Below, in pieces: positions 54,033 to 63,690 of a DNA stretch of 64,000 nt (positions are counted from its first letter, which is position 1; each line of letters opens with the position of its first letter). Under the pieces are notes generated by a model. The model was not told where the DNA came from. It ran no database searches and saw only the letters and a list, made by a program, of their open reading frames with translations. Position numbers and translations under genes: made by a program. Origin of the DNA: an uncultured bacterium. Its GTDB lineage: Bacteria; Planctomycetota; Phycisphaerae; UBA1845. The DNA lies in contig CBDUXT010000022.1 of NCBI GenBank assembly GCA_965371245.1, forward strand, positions 620-64,619. The letters run 5' to 3'.

Positions 54033-54737
54033 TTACGGTGCTATCGTTACCGTAAGCAGAAACCGCATTTTGTATAGCGTTACTATTTTATTGCCGCCTA
54101 CAGCCTCCTCCACACAAGCCACGGCGTCGCTGCCAGCGCCGTCGGGTCCGGCTTCGATCTCCCAGATATCGACAGCGATTCGCCTTACGGTAGTGAGGGT
54201 GCTGCCCGGGCAACGATCGGGGTTGAAGTGGTATTGTGCTGCGTTGCTGTCTGCATCTGGCTTATAAAAACCATTCACGATTACCGGCAGGCTAACGTTC
54301 TGATCCACGACCATGGCTCTCAGATCGACGCCGGATGTGCGGAGAACCCCCGTTCCTAGACCCGGATAGAACGGCTCGCACCCTGTCGAGTCCACACAGT
54401 CGCTGAAATCGAAGAACAGTTCTCGGATAACCGACTTGTTGCCCCTGGCTTTGGGTACCGCCAGCCGAAAGTTTCCAGTTGTACCAGCAATGTCCACACT
54501 CACCCTATCTATGCCGTCGAAATAGCGGCCCCAAAGATCGCTGCCAATGTGATCAAAATCGTCATCCCGAAAGGTAACGGTCGCCGGGACGTCGCCACCC
54601 CCGCTGCCATGATTATGCTCGCCGTTTCCGTCGGGCGGGTTGGCCAGGGCGGTCCCAGAGATGGCCAGCATTGCCCAGGCGAGGGTCAGGACTACACATC
54701 CCGCTAATGTCGCTCCCAAAATTCTCTTGCTACTCAT
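54033..54737 (-). CDS. hypothetical secreted protein
   Basis: Signal peptide ...AMLAISGTALA. Lower-GC gene with no recognised domain. Confidence 0.55.
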   Translation of the reverse strand: MSSKRILGATLAGCVVLTLAWAMLAISGTALANPPDGNGEHNHGSGGGDVPATVTFRDDDFDHIGSDLWGRYFDGIDRVSVDIAGTTGNFRLAVPKARGNKSVIRELFFDFSDCVDSTGCEPFYPGLGTGVLRTSGVDLRAMVVDQNVSLPVIVNGFYKPDADSNAAQYHFNPDRCPGSTLTTVRRIAVDIWEIEAGPDGAGSDAVACVEEAVGGNKIVTLYKMRFLLTVTIAP

Positions 54738-54794
54738 CGCAAATATCCTCTCTAAGTTTGTTCGTAAGATGCTGCGCCCGGCGGTACTGGATCG

Positions 54795-56918
54795 CTACTT
54801 TCCGCTGGCGGCCCCGAGTGCAGACAGAAAGTTCTCCATCACCCAGAGTTCCTTTTTTCCTCCACCGATCGTGAAGACGATCTGCTTCCCGTCCGGATGG
54901 ACGTGCGGACCGAGCAAGAATCCAGGCATCGTTTCGCCCAGCTTCTGGGCTTCTCCCCCGGCGAGGGGAATTTGCCAGAGTTCTGCGGGATCGAGAGTTC
55001 GTTGTAGGTCTCCCGGCTGTGTCGTATCGCTACTCCCCATTCTAAAGAGCAGGTTCTGTCCGCCCGGCGTCCATGTGGCGCCGGTCACTTGCCCAATAAA
55101 CTCCGGGTCTTGCACGCTCAGCAGCGTACGCGGTTCTCCGCCTCTTGTGGGCATGACCATGATGGCCGTCGATGCTGACGTTTGATCGATAAGAACAAAT
55201 GCCACGTTGCGGCCATCTCGCGAAACGGAGAAGTGAGCTACTTTGGAAGGCTCACGGGCATCGAACACACTTCTCTCTCGCCCCGTTGCCAAGTCTCGCG
55301 CCACGATGGTGGTCCGATTGCTCCTCTTGTTATTCCTCAAGTAAAAAACCGTATTCCCATCAGGGGACCAGATCGGTAATCGGGCACGCGTCCCTTTTTC
55401 GGGGCGAACGACCCACGTGACCGCAGCCGTGTGGGCGTCAACCCTGCAGATCCCCCGGCGTCCTTTCTCGTTCCGAGCAGTCAGCAAAATCGAGCCTCTG
55501 TCCGGCGACAGCGAGGGGCGAAGAGATAAGTCGTTGCCCAAGATGAGTTCAGGCCTAAGTTCCCGCTCCTCCCCATTGACGAGCGAACGAATCACAATCG
55601 CCAAGGAACTCCAAGACTCTTGGCTGTCTCTCCGCAAGTAAAGTAAATACTCCCCGTCATGCGACCAACGAGGCCAGAGAGTGTTGCCCAGATGGCGTTG
55701 ACTGATCCGAGTCGGCGTGCCAAGACCCTTGCCCGTTGCCAGATCAAGCGGGGCGATATACGCATCTCTTAGACTGGTGGTGAGGCCGTAATAGAAATCA
55801 CCTGCCCGGGTGAATCCCAGAGGCGAGATTCTTCCTATGTTCGGCTTGACCAGCTGGGGATCTCCCTGAGGTTCTCCGTCGCGGATGCGAATAGCCCACA
55901 CGTCGGTATTCCCCGTGCGATCGCTGGTAAACAAAAGCCTCTGGCCGTCGAGCGTCCAGGCGAGCGCGTTCTCATGGCCAGGGTGCTCTACCACAGGAAC
56001 TTCGTGACTTCCGTCGGTGGCCAGCAGGAAGATGTCGCGCTGGGGTGACTCTTCGCTCGGGGGGAAGCTATAGACCATGTAGCGGCCGTCGGGAGAAAAC
56101 GGCCCGGGATTCAGCCAACGCCAATCGACCGTTTTGAGAACGCGCCCCGACGCATCAGCAACGGAAATCAGTACGAGTTCGTGAGTGTTGTTGGCCTTGA
56201 TCAAGGTCGCGGTAACGTATGTCCCGTCCGGAGACCACGCACCTGGCCAAAGATATTCAACATCCTCTTTGCTATATAGAATCCGGAGGTTGGAGCCATC
56301 AACTCCAATAAGGCGCATCTCATAGAACTGACCGTTAAACCAGGCGTAAGCGATCTGCTTACCATCGGGTGAGACAAGGGAAAGTTCGGCATACTCGTCC
56401 GACTCAGCCCACGGACCCTTGTGTGTGAGACGGCGATTCTCTCCAGTGACCACGTCGGTGATGGCCAGATCACCAGTCGACCAGTCCACATACGTAAAGT
56501 AGCTGCCGTCGGGAGACACCCTGCCGTAGGGTAGTTGGCCTTCTCGGATCCTCCGGGCCACCATTCCCGTCATTGGATGACCGAGTGCGGACAGGCGAAC
56601 CTTGGCCTGAGACACAAGCTCAGTTTGCTTGGAAAACTGGTCGATCAGTTTCCGAAACGCGATCACAGCTTTGTGTTTCTGCCCTTTTTTCAGGTAGCAC
56701 ATACCCAACCGGTATTGCGCCTGTGCTGCGTAGGAGCGATTCTCTTGAGTGCTCGCGGCGATCTGTTTATAGATCTTCATGGCCGCATCCAGATCGCCGA
56801 CCATCTCCTCGGCGAAGATGCCCTTCTGCAAGAGCACCGAAACCGATTGAGCCGGCACCGGTGCGCTGATAGCCAGCACTACGATAACAGCAACCACGAT
56901 ACGACATTTGCATTGCAT
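54795..56918 (-). CDS. secreted TPR plus TolB-like PD40 beta-propeller protein
   Basis: Signal peptide, then TPR (AAQAQYRLGMCYLKKGQKHKAVIAFRKLI), then repeated SPDG motifs (SPDGSYFTY, SPDGKQIAYA, WSPDGTYV, FSPDGRYMVYS, WSPDGNTVFY). ATG 56918 follows AAGGAGAC. Confidence 0.8.
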   Translation of the reverse strand: MQCKCRIVVAVIVVLAISAPVPAQSVSVLLQKGIFAEEMVGDLDAAMKIYKQIAASTQENRSYAAQAQYRLGMCYLKKGQKHKAVIAFRKLIDQFSKQTELVSQAKVRLSALGHPMTGMVARRIREGQLPYGRVSPDGSYFTYVDWSTGDLAITDVVTGENRRLTHKGPWAESDEYAELSLVSPDGKQIAYAWFNGQFYEMRLIGVDGSNLRILYSKEDVEYLWPGAWSPDGTYVTATLIKANNTHELVLISVADASGRVLKTVDWRWLNPGPFSPDGRYMVYSFPPSEESPQRDIFLLATDGSHEVPVVEHPGHENALAWTLDGQRLLFTSDRTGNTDVWAIRIRDGEPQGDPQLVKPNIGRISPLGFTRAGDFYYGLTTSLRDAYIAPLDLATGKGLGTPTRISQRHLGNTLWPRWSHDGEYLLYLRRDSQESWSSLAIVIRSLVNGEERELRPELILGNDLSLRPSLSPDRGSILLTARNEKGRRGICRVDAHTAAVTWVVRPEKGTRARLPIWSPDGNTVFYLRNNKRSNRTTIVARDLATGRERSVFDAREPSKVAHFSVSRDGRNVAFVLIDQTSASTAIMVMPTRGGEPRTLLSVQDPEFIGQVTGATWTPGGQNLLFRMGSSDTTQPGDLQRTLDPAELWQIPLAGGEAQKLGETMPGFLLGPHVHPDGKQIVFTIGGGKKELWVMENFLSALGAASGK

Positions 56919-57547
56919 GACCGGAGTCTCCTTTTCGTTAGACCACGCAAAACACGACTCATTCGCCGAAGTAGAGTCTACACCGCGCATGTTACGGTTT
57001 TGTCACCGTTTGATCCTTTTTTCATCTTTTTTCGTGGGCTTCCGGCCGCCCCAAACGGGCCAGATGCGGAGTTGTGCCATTCCCCAGCTATGACCGCCCT
57101 GAGACGACGGAAACCTATTTGAACCTCAGCCTCGAGAATGCCTTGCGAGAGTTTCGGTCGAACGTGTTGCTCTTGGCGAGGCGCGTTTCGCGAGCATGAG
57201 CATGCGAGGACCACGAATTGTCTTTCATGCCCGCGCGCATCTCGTTGGTAGAGCATTTCCCGTTTCCGTGGTCCGAGCCGCAGGCTTGTGCCCGTGCGGT
57301 CTGTCGCCGATTGATGGGTCGCGAAGGGCGGTGGACCCGGCATGCTAGAACGAGACATGCTTTAGTAGCCCTGGTCGTCTATCCGAACCCGGCGAGCCGA
57401 ACAAGAGAAAAGCGGAACTTGATTTAAAAGCTGCAGGTACGTATTTGATGGAGATTGCAGTTTTGCTTTACGTCGTCCGAAGCCTGGTCCGTTGGGCCTA
57501 CCGACCTAGCATTCGGCTAACCTTGAATCTGCGGGGGGTTTTTCGCG

Positions 57548-57630
57548 TGGGCGGCCCACCCGTTCAGAGGAGGGGGAATCGAATAGTCACCGGATTCGCG
57601 TCCGCCACGGCTAACGCCATGGGCCGCCCA
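57548..57630 (+). repeat. family-A intergenic repeat, copy 3
   Basis: Same core as the copies at 617 and 15740. Perfect inverted 10-mer termini TGGGCGGCCC (57548-57557) and GGGCCGCCCA (57621-57630). Confidence 0.7.
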
Positions 57631-57849
57631 ACGCGCAAGGTTACGAGTGACGATGCCCTAGCACCCCGTTGGAGTGGGATAAACCGAGCACGCCGCACGA
57701 ACGACCACGACGTGGTTGCTCGCCTCCTGCCCGTGCTTGTACAATTCCGCCACTACCCCGTGAGATGATCCTTCGGCACGAACTCTCGATCGACCATGGT
57801 GGATCGGAGCGATGGCCGCAAGGCAACCTGGGCGACAAAGGAGTCCTTT

Positions 57850-58887
57850 ATGATGAGAGCAATGGTGAGATCCCTAGCTGTCCTTCCCATCGGGTTCGTG
57901 ATGATGGGCCTGTTCGTTGGCTGCGACGGCGTAACGATCCCGGGAGATCTGCTCGGCAACGTTAACGGAAATGACAACAGCACGGCCGATCGAGTTCAAA
58001 CGAGTGTTTATGCATCCAACACCGGCGGCGCGAGCGGCCTGGCGATTCGCCCGTCCGACGGAGCCGTGTTCGCCGTGCGCGGCGATGGCTTGTACGGCCC
58101 GATTGCCGAGGGCGACGACCTTTCCACGATGACGCCGTTTGGCGCCACGAACTTGGGAGACGCCGATCTTTTCGACGCTCCGCCAAGTTCGGCGGTCCTG
58201 GCGATCACCAACACGGGTGAGTTTTGGATCGGCTCGGATTGCTGCACGACGGTGGCGGTCGTCCCACCCGGAGGCGGGAACGCCGTACCGTTCCTTGGCT
58301 TGTTCGATGCGAGCGAGATCAAACCTGAGACAATCGCCCTTGTGCCCACGGGGTTCCAGGGTCCGCCGTTTTTCCCCGGACGCCTTCTGTTCGGTCAGTC
58401 GACCACGTTCTCACGCATGGTAGGCGTGGACGTCGATGGAGACCGGGGCGCCGTCGATATCGCAAACCCGTCAAGCCTGAATCGTAACGCCCACCATCTA
58501 GCCTTCGGCCTCGACGGCGTCCTTTACAGCTCTCGTGACGCAACGGGTCTTACAATCTCCGGGTTCCAATCGATCAACAGCGAGGGGCGCCCCACGGAGC
58601 TGCCCGGCACGCTCGGTGCGGCCGGCGAGACCTTCGTCGTGCTTGCCAGCGGAGACATGGTGATCCGCGGCACGTTCCAGATGTCGGCGACCGGGTCACA
58701 GCGAGGCATCCTGCTGTACGACACCGCAGCGCAAACCATCAGCGTTGGACTCGCGCTACTCACGGCCGACGTATCGACGGCTGATGAAATGGTCATCACG
58801 TCGGACGGCTTGACCATTCTGCTGTCCCTGCCGAATCGAAACGAGATCCTCCGCGTCACGGTCAACGATGCGACCGGGTCCGGATAG
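57850..58887 (+). CDS. hypothetical lipoprotein (beta-propeller-like)
   Basis: AAGGAG RBS, lipobox GLFVGCDG, repetitive Gly/Asp-rich beta-strand pattern. Confidence 0.6.
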   Translation: MMRAMVRSLAVLPIGFVMMGLFVGCDGVTIPGDLLGNVNGNDNSTADRVQTSVYASNTGGASGLAIRPSDGAVFAVRGDGLYGPIAEGDDLSTMTPFGATNLGDADLFDAPPSSAVLAITNTGEFWIGSDCCTTVAVVPPGGGNAVPFLGLFDASEIKPETIALVPTGFQGPPFFPGRLLFGQSTTFSRMVGVDVDGDRGAVDIANPSSLNRNAHHLAFGLDGVLYSSRDATGLTISGFQSINSEGRPTELPGTLGAAGETFVVLASGDMVIRGTFQMSATGSQRGILLYDTAAQTISVGLALLTADVSTADEMVITSDGLTILLSLPNRNEILRVTVNDATGSG

Positions 58888-59047
58888 TGCAGCGTCGCGA
58901 GTGACCTTGCGGGTCGGTTGACGGGTCTGGCCAAACCCCACAACCGACGCGTGACTGAGTGGCCCGTGGCTTCAGCCGTGGAGGATGCGAGTGGCAGACC
59001 AGGTTGGTGTCTCCCATGTCTAAACAGATGGGGGCTCCACCGCCATC

Positions 59048-59191
59048 GAAGCCGCGCGCGTAAGGAAGCGGTTGTCCGCGGCAAGACCGACGGTCACGCG
59101 TCCGCTCCCTGACGGTCGCGGCCGAAGAGACAGTAGGGCGGACTATTGCCCGCCGCTTAACCACAAGAAGGCGGGAAATAGCCCGCCCTAC
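59048..59191 (+). repeat. composite repeat: family-C long hairpin (59048-59122) plus family-B palindromic element copy 2 (59133-59191)
   Basis: GCCGCGCGCGTAAGGAAGCGG...CCGCTCCCTGACGGTCGCGGC. Then GTAGGGCGGACTATTGCCCGCC, a 15-nt spacer, GGCGGGAAATAGCCCGCCCTAC and the same CTGAAAGCGT tail as copy 1. Confidence 0.8.
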
Positions 59192-59263
59192 CCCCTGAAA
59201 GCGTAGCAACACCTTACTGGAAACGGCACGAGGAGCGCCCCACTGAACGCCCCCCTACACCGA

Positions 59264-60490
59264 ATGGATCGGCGCGAAGTCTCGATCATCAGCGTCACCT
59301 TCGTGGGGCACGCACTGTGCCATGCGAGCGTGCTTGTCGTCACGGGGCTCTTGGTGCCTCTTCGAGCGGAGTTCGGGCTCAGCAAGTTCTGGGTCACCGC
59401 CCTTCCGATGACCGGCTACATCCTGATGGGCGTGGGGGCCGTCCCGGCCGGCTTGCTGACGGATCGCTGGGGCGGGCGCCGCGTGCTGATGATCTATTTC
59501 CTCCTCACGGGGATCGCCAGCAGTGCCGCCGCCTTGGCACCGAACGCCTGGATGTTCGCGGCCGCCTTGACGGCGCTCGGCGCCGCGGTCAGCCTCTATC
59601 ACCCGACCGGGTTGGCGATGATCTCTCGCGGGGTGGCGCGTCCCGGCCATGCGATGGGCATACACGGGGTGGCCGGCTCGCTCGGGCTCGCGGGGAGCGC
59701 GTTCGGGCTGTGGATGGGCTCACACGGGAGTTGGCGGGCTGCGTACTGGGTTGTGGCGGTCGTGGCGATGCTGGGTGCGGCCGCCCTACTCGCAGCACCC
59801 ATGAGGCATAAGCCACCGCGCGACGTCGCGATCCGGACGCCGGGCAGGTCGCCCGTTGCGTCGAAAAGCGGACTGCTCACGCTGTTGGTGATGCTCTACG
59901 CGGCCATGATGCTCAGCGGGTTTAACTATCGATCGCTGATGACGGCCCTTCCGACCTATCTGACGGCGACCGCGGGCGGCGTCTACACCGGTGGGGATCA
60001 ATCGGGCGTGGTCTTCCTGGTTTTTGTGTGCGGCGCGTTGGGTCAATACGCGTGCGGGCGACTGGCTGATCGGGCCGATCCCATCCGCCTTTATGTGGTC
60101 GCGGCCGCTCTTTCGGTCCCGATGGCCCTCCTTCTTGCCGGGTCCGAAGGGATCGGCGCGAAGGGAGCCGCGGCCGCGATGGGGCTGGCGTTCGTACACT
60201 TCGGCACGCAACCGGCGGAGAACCTCCTGATCGCGCAACACACACCGCCCAAGCTGCGCGGTACATCCTATGGACTCAAGTTCCTGGTTACGTTCGGCTT
60301 CGGCGCGCTGGGGGCTCCGACGGTCGGGTTCTTTTGGAGCCGTACGGGAACCTTCGCGTGGACGTTCGTCCTCTTCGCCGTCATCGCGACCGTCGTCACG
60401 ACTCTGATTCTCATGCTGGCACGGTTGGCCGTGCCCCATGGGAGCGATGAAGATGCCGCGTGCCGGGATCATGGCACGGTGAGCGGATAG
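59264..60490 (+). CDS. MFS transporter
   Basis: About 12 TM helices, loop 2-3 motif LTDRWGGRRVL, 408 aa. Confidence 0.85.
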   Translation: MDRREVSIISVTFVGHALCHASVLVVTGLLVPLRAEFGLSKFWVTALPMTGYILMGVGAVPAGLLTDRWGGRRVLMIYFLLTGIASSAAALAPNAWMFAAALTALGAAVSLYHPTGLAMISRGVARPGHAMGIHGVAGSLGLAGSAFGLWMGSHGSWRAAYWVVAVVAMLGAAALLAAPMRHKPPRDVAIRTPGRSPVASKSGLLTLLVMLYAAMMLSGFNYRSLMTALPTYLTATAGGVYTGGDQSGVVFLVFVCGALGQYACGRLADRADPIRLYVVAAALSVPMALLLAGSEGIGAKGAAAAMGLAFVHFGTQPAENLLIAQHTPPKLRGTSYGLKFLVTFGFGALGAPTVGFFWSRTGTFAWTFVLFAVIATVVTTLILMLARLAVPHGSDEDAACRDHGTVSG

Positions 60491-60765
60491 CACGACGCCC
60501 GGACAATGCACCGCCATCGGGGGGAGGTCTCTGGCTCCCTACGTTTCTACTTCTCCACGTGTCCAGTCTCGTTGCCATGCACCGGTCCGGGCTCGCCTTG
60601 GCCCATCTATCTTGTGCCGGCTTCGGACAAGCGGCCGACTCGGCGACCATCTTCATGGCTCGCCGCGGCCTATCGCTTTCCCGACCAAGACGGTCGGGCC
60701 GACGCGGCACATCATCTCGTCCGGTGCGGGCGGCCCAATGACCAAGAGCGTGTTTAAGAAGGCCC

Positions 60766-60837
60766 TTGAAGAGCCGCGCCCGTAAGGAAGCGGTCCGCGT
60801 TCGCGCACGAAACCGCTCCTTCATAGTCGCGGCTCGG
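60766..60837 (+). repeat. family-C long hairpin element, copy 3
   Basis: GAGCCGCG-CCCGTAAGGAAGCGGT...ACCGCTCCTTCATAGT-CGCGGCTC, with an outer 8-bp stem and an inner ~10-bp stem. Confidence 0.65.
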
Positions 60838-61163
60838 TTTGTCACGGCGCTTCTCATACATCCTCTAAAGAGGTGGGCCACCAACCTTCCCCCCTTCGGT
60901 TCCCTGCGTCCTCTTCGGCGTCTACCCGCTCTTCGCGCTTGCGAGGTTCCCGGGGATCGCCATCGACGCCGACGCAGGGAACAAGGCCTGTGCATCGATT
61001 GCGGCTACGACCTGACGGGCAACGTGACGAGGGTGTGTTCGGAGTGCGGCCTGAGGATCGATGAGCGCTGCGAGGGAGTTCGGAATGAGGTATGATGTGA
61101 ACCGATGAACTTGTTTGCCACACCTTGCTACTAACCTGCAGCCCCAGGCCCAGGAGGAGCGTG

Positions 61164-62507
61164 ATGATCTTTGATGGCAAGCCCACGAGCGACATCACGC
61201 CCGACGACCTCGAAGCGCTCGTGCGTGACCGCGTTGAGGAGGATGCATTTCTCGACTACAAGGCACGTCCTTATGCGCGCGATCAGCACGGAATCCATGA
61301 GCTCGTAAAAGACGTCTCGGCTTTTGCTAATGCGCAAGGCGGTTATCTGATCATAGGGATCGGTGAGGAAAGTGCGTATCCACGGCGAGCTCACGCCTTT
61401 GTGAACGTCGAAGACCCTGAAGGCGAAAGACGACGAATGATCGACATCTGCTTTGAGAAGATAGAGCCTCGTTTCCGGGAGCTCGATATCCGTGCCATCA
61501 GAGCGGAAGACAAGAACGTGCTCGTCTGCCGGATACCTGAATCGGGTCAGAAACCTCACTGTGGTAAGCCAGATCGTGAACATCACTATTTTTGGAGACG
61601 GTTCGAAGACGGGAATCGCCTTATGTCGGTCCCTGAGATTCGTGCGTGCTTAGAGGGCGACCGTGTCCTTCTAGAGTTGTCGGAAATACGCCACGAGTTC
61701 AGGAGTATTCGCAAGCAACAGGTCATCGCCCACGAAGCGGAGCAGGAGATCACCGAGGGAAACGTCTTCGACCTTACCACGAGCGAAGCGTTTCGTCGGT
61801 TTGCCGACGATCAGTTTGAACACGCAACGGAGGGCAAGCCGTACTATCGGCTGACGGCCACTCCGCTTCCGGTCAACCAAGTCAATCTTCGAAGTAAACA
61901 TCGTGAGATCTATTCCTTGATGAAGAACCCACCTGCGCTCCGGTCGGGTGGATGGGATCTGGCTGACCGTTTCGGACAGGACACGCGCGTGACCTCGCTC
62001 GGCGTCGTTCGCACGGACATCGGCTACAAGCACTTGCGAGTGTTGTGGAACGGCCACATCGAGTTCTGGACGGAGGTGGAAAACGGCTTTTTTCGGTTTA
62101 GCGAGGTGCCAGGCGGCCACGTGGAACATAGGTTTCTCTACCCCTATGCAATAAGTGAACCGATAGAAAACTTCATCCGATTCGCCAAGGAGATGTGCGG
62201 TCTCGCATCGTTTGAGGGCAACGTGGAATTCCGGCTCGGCTTTTATCGAATCCAAGGATTCTATCTCGCCCCAGGGCATCCAGAGAGCCAGGGATACATG
62301 TGGGGGCGCTCGGACTCGGGCCGTCCACACGGGATTCAACCATATCAAGACGAAAACCTACTCGCGCCACCTGTTGGAGTTGACGTTGCGGAGCTTCCGG
62401 ATCAGGTATCATGGCGACTCGTGTCACATGTGTACCAGCGCTTCGGTAATCCACTCGATGAGCACGTCCCGTTCTTCGATCAGGATCATCACTTCGCTCT
62501 CGGTTGA
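61164..62507 (+). CDS. AlbA_2 (Schlafen-like, formerly divergent AAA) domain protein with uncharacterised C-terminal ~300 aa
   Basis: EDAFLDYKARPY...ELVKDVSAFANAQGGYLIIGIGE matches the AlbA_2 signature (E..LefK....l.k.i.AfAN..GG.l.iGv). AGGAGGAGCGTG precedes the ATG. The gene is visibly lower in GC. Confidence 0.7.
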   Translation: MIFDGKPTSDITPDDLEALVRDRVEEDAFLDYKARPYARDQHGIHELVKDVSAFANAQGGYLIIGIGEESAYPRRAHAFVNVEDPEGERRRMIDICFEKIEPRFRELDIRAIRAEDKNVLVCRIPESGQKPHCGKPDREHHYFWRRFEDGNRLMSVPEIRACLEGDRVLLELSEIRHEFRSIRKQQVIAHEAEQEITEGNVFDLTTSEAFRRFADDQFEHATEGKPYYRLTATPLPVNQVNLRSKHREIYSLMKNPPALRSGGWDLADRFGQDTRVTSLGVVRTDIGYKHLRVLWNGHIEFWTEVENGFFRFSEVPGGHVEHRFLYPYAISEPIENFIRFAKEMCGLASFEGNVEFRLGFYRIQGFYLAPGHPESQGYMWGRSDSGRPHGIQPYQDENLLAPPVGVDVAELPDQVSWRLVSHVYQRFGNPLDEHVPFFDQDHHFALG

Positions 62508-62544
62508 GACACACACGTGCGATGAAGTAGCGAGGCGGATGGAC

Positions 62545-63216
62545 CTACGACAACGGCTCGACACACGCGGCATCCTCATGCCTTGGGCTGTTCACGTGCG
62601 TGCTGACGGGGTGCGCCGTCATCTGGTTGGCCGCGTAGGGTCGTAGCAGAGATTGGATCGAATCGCGATCGTCGCAGGTGGGGTCCAGCCACTGGGCGTA
62701 GTCGTCCGCGCTGAGAATCACGGGCATGCGATTGTGCAGCGTCGCCATCAGTTCGTTCGGCTCGGTGGTGATGATCGTGCAGGAATCGATGGCGTCGCCG
62801 CCCTTACCCGGCCAACGCTCCCAGAGGCCGGCGAACGCGAAGGGCTTGGCCTCGGTGAGTTGGATGTAGTGCGGTTGCTTGCCGCCGGGCAGCTTTTGCC
62901 ACTCGTAGAATCCGTCGGCGACGACCAGGCAGCGACGTTTGCGAAACGCTGAGCGGAACGAGGGCTTTTGTGCCACCGTTTCGGCACGGGCGTTGATCAT
63001 CCGCGAGCCGATTCCGGGATCCTTGGCCCACGAGGGGATGAGTCCCCAGTGCATCAGCTCGCAGCGCCGCGGCCGATCGCCAAGACCGGCCACGACGACA
63101 GCAATCGGCTGTGTCGGGGCGATGTTGTACCGCGGGGTGATCGCCGGCTGGTCGATCAGCTCAAAGAGTTCGGCCACAACATCGGCCGGGCTGGTCAGCG
63201 TGAATCGTCCGCACAT
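62545..63216 (-). CDS. SOS response-associated peptidase (SRAP/YedK, abasic-site sensor)
   Basis: Starts MCGRF (catalytic Cys2). Motifs PRYNIAPTQ, HWGLIPSWAKD, INARAET and DGFYEW. The upstream part of the ORF-track call runs into repeat D2. Confidence 0.9.
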   Translation of the reverse strand: MCGRFTLTSPADVVAELFELIDQPAITPRYNIAPTQPIAVVVAGLGDRPRRCELMHWGLIPSWAKDPGIGSRMINARAETVAQKPSFRSAFRKRRCLVVADGFYEWQKLPGGKQPHYIQLTEAKPFAFAGLWERWPGKGGDAIDSCTIITTEPNELMATLHNRMPVILSADDYAQWLDPTCDDRDSIQSLLRPYAANQMTAHPVSTHVNSPRHEDAACVEPLS

Positions 63217-63280
63217 GCGGCCATTGTAGGCTGCGAAGCGGAAGGCGCCGACACGTTGCGATCGACCGGCACCGTCGCGG

Positions 63281-63458
63281 GTGCCTGACCGAATCGGCGG
63301 GCAGTTTTCAGAGCACAGGGCGCGAGCCCGGTGACCGGTCTGGTATCGTGGAAGCGTGCTTGTTCGCATCGTGTCCGTGGGCTTGCGCCCACGGCTCTGA
63401 CGCGGCGTGGCGCAGTCAAGATGGCTCTGCCCGTCCCGCCCAGACTGTCACGCACCCG
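63281..63458 (-). repeat. family-D MITE-like element, copy 2 (inverted relative to copy 1)
   Basis: Its reverse complement aligns along its whole length with 22766-22942. Contains the perfect hairpin CCGTGGGC-GCAA-GCCCACGG. Confidence 0.8.
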
Positions 63459-63531
63459 GCGCGTGCCCGCCCGAAGCCCCACCGTGTCCGACTTGTCAAA
63501 CCGCAAGGACTGGCTATCGTGTCCTCCCGAT

Positions 63532-63606
63532 GCCGACGTAGCTCAGTTGGTTTAGAGCGCCTGCCTGTGGAGCAGGATGTCGCTGGTTCGAATCCAGCCG
63601 TCGGTA
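63532..63606 (+). tRNA. tRNA-His (anticodon GTG), no encoded G-1, G1:U72, A73, no encoded CCA
   Basis: Manual cloverleaf: acceptor GCCGACG/CGTCGGT, D arm GCTC-AGTTGGTTTA-GAGC, anticodon arm CCTGC-CTGTGGA-GCAGG, variable ATGTC, T arm GCTGG-TTCGAAT-CCAGC, discriminator A. Confidence 0.9.
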
Positions 63607-63690
63607 AATCTTGTGAGGAAAGGACTTACGACACTTTCCGGGCTCGGAAAACAACCCCGAAAACGGTCGCCAGTGCAACGGAGAGAGGAT

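Noticed and set aside
57115-57228. 37-codon minus-strand ORF (MKDNSWSSHAHARETRLAKSNTFDRNSRKAFSRLRFK) in the long intergenic gap
   Set aside because: It has no convincing RBS and no recognisable family. It is too short to support from sequence alone.
60766-61095. 109-aa ORF ending in a CxxC...CxxC zinc ribbon (CIDCGYDLTGNVTRVCSECG)
   Set aside because: Its N-terminal two-thirds is translation of the family-C repeat and Arg-rich filler. A short genuine zinc-ribbon peptide cannot be excluded, but no credible start or RBS was found.
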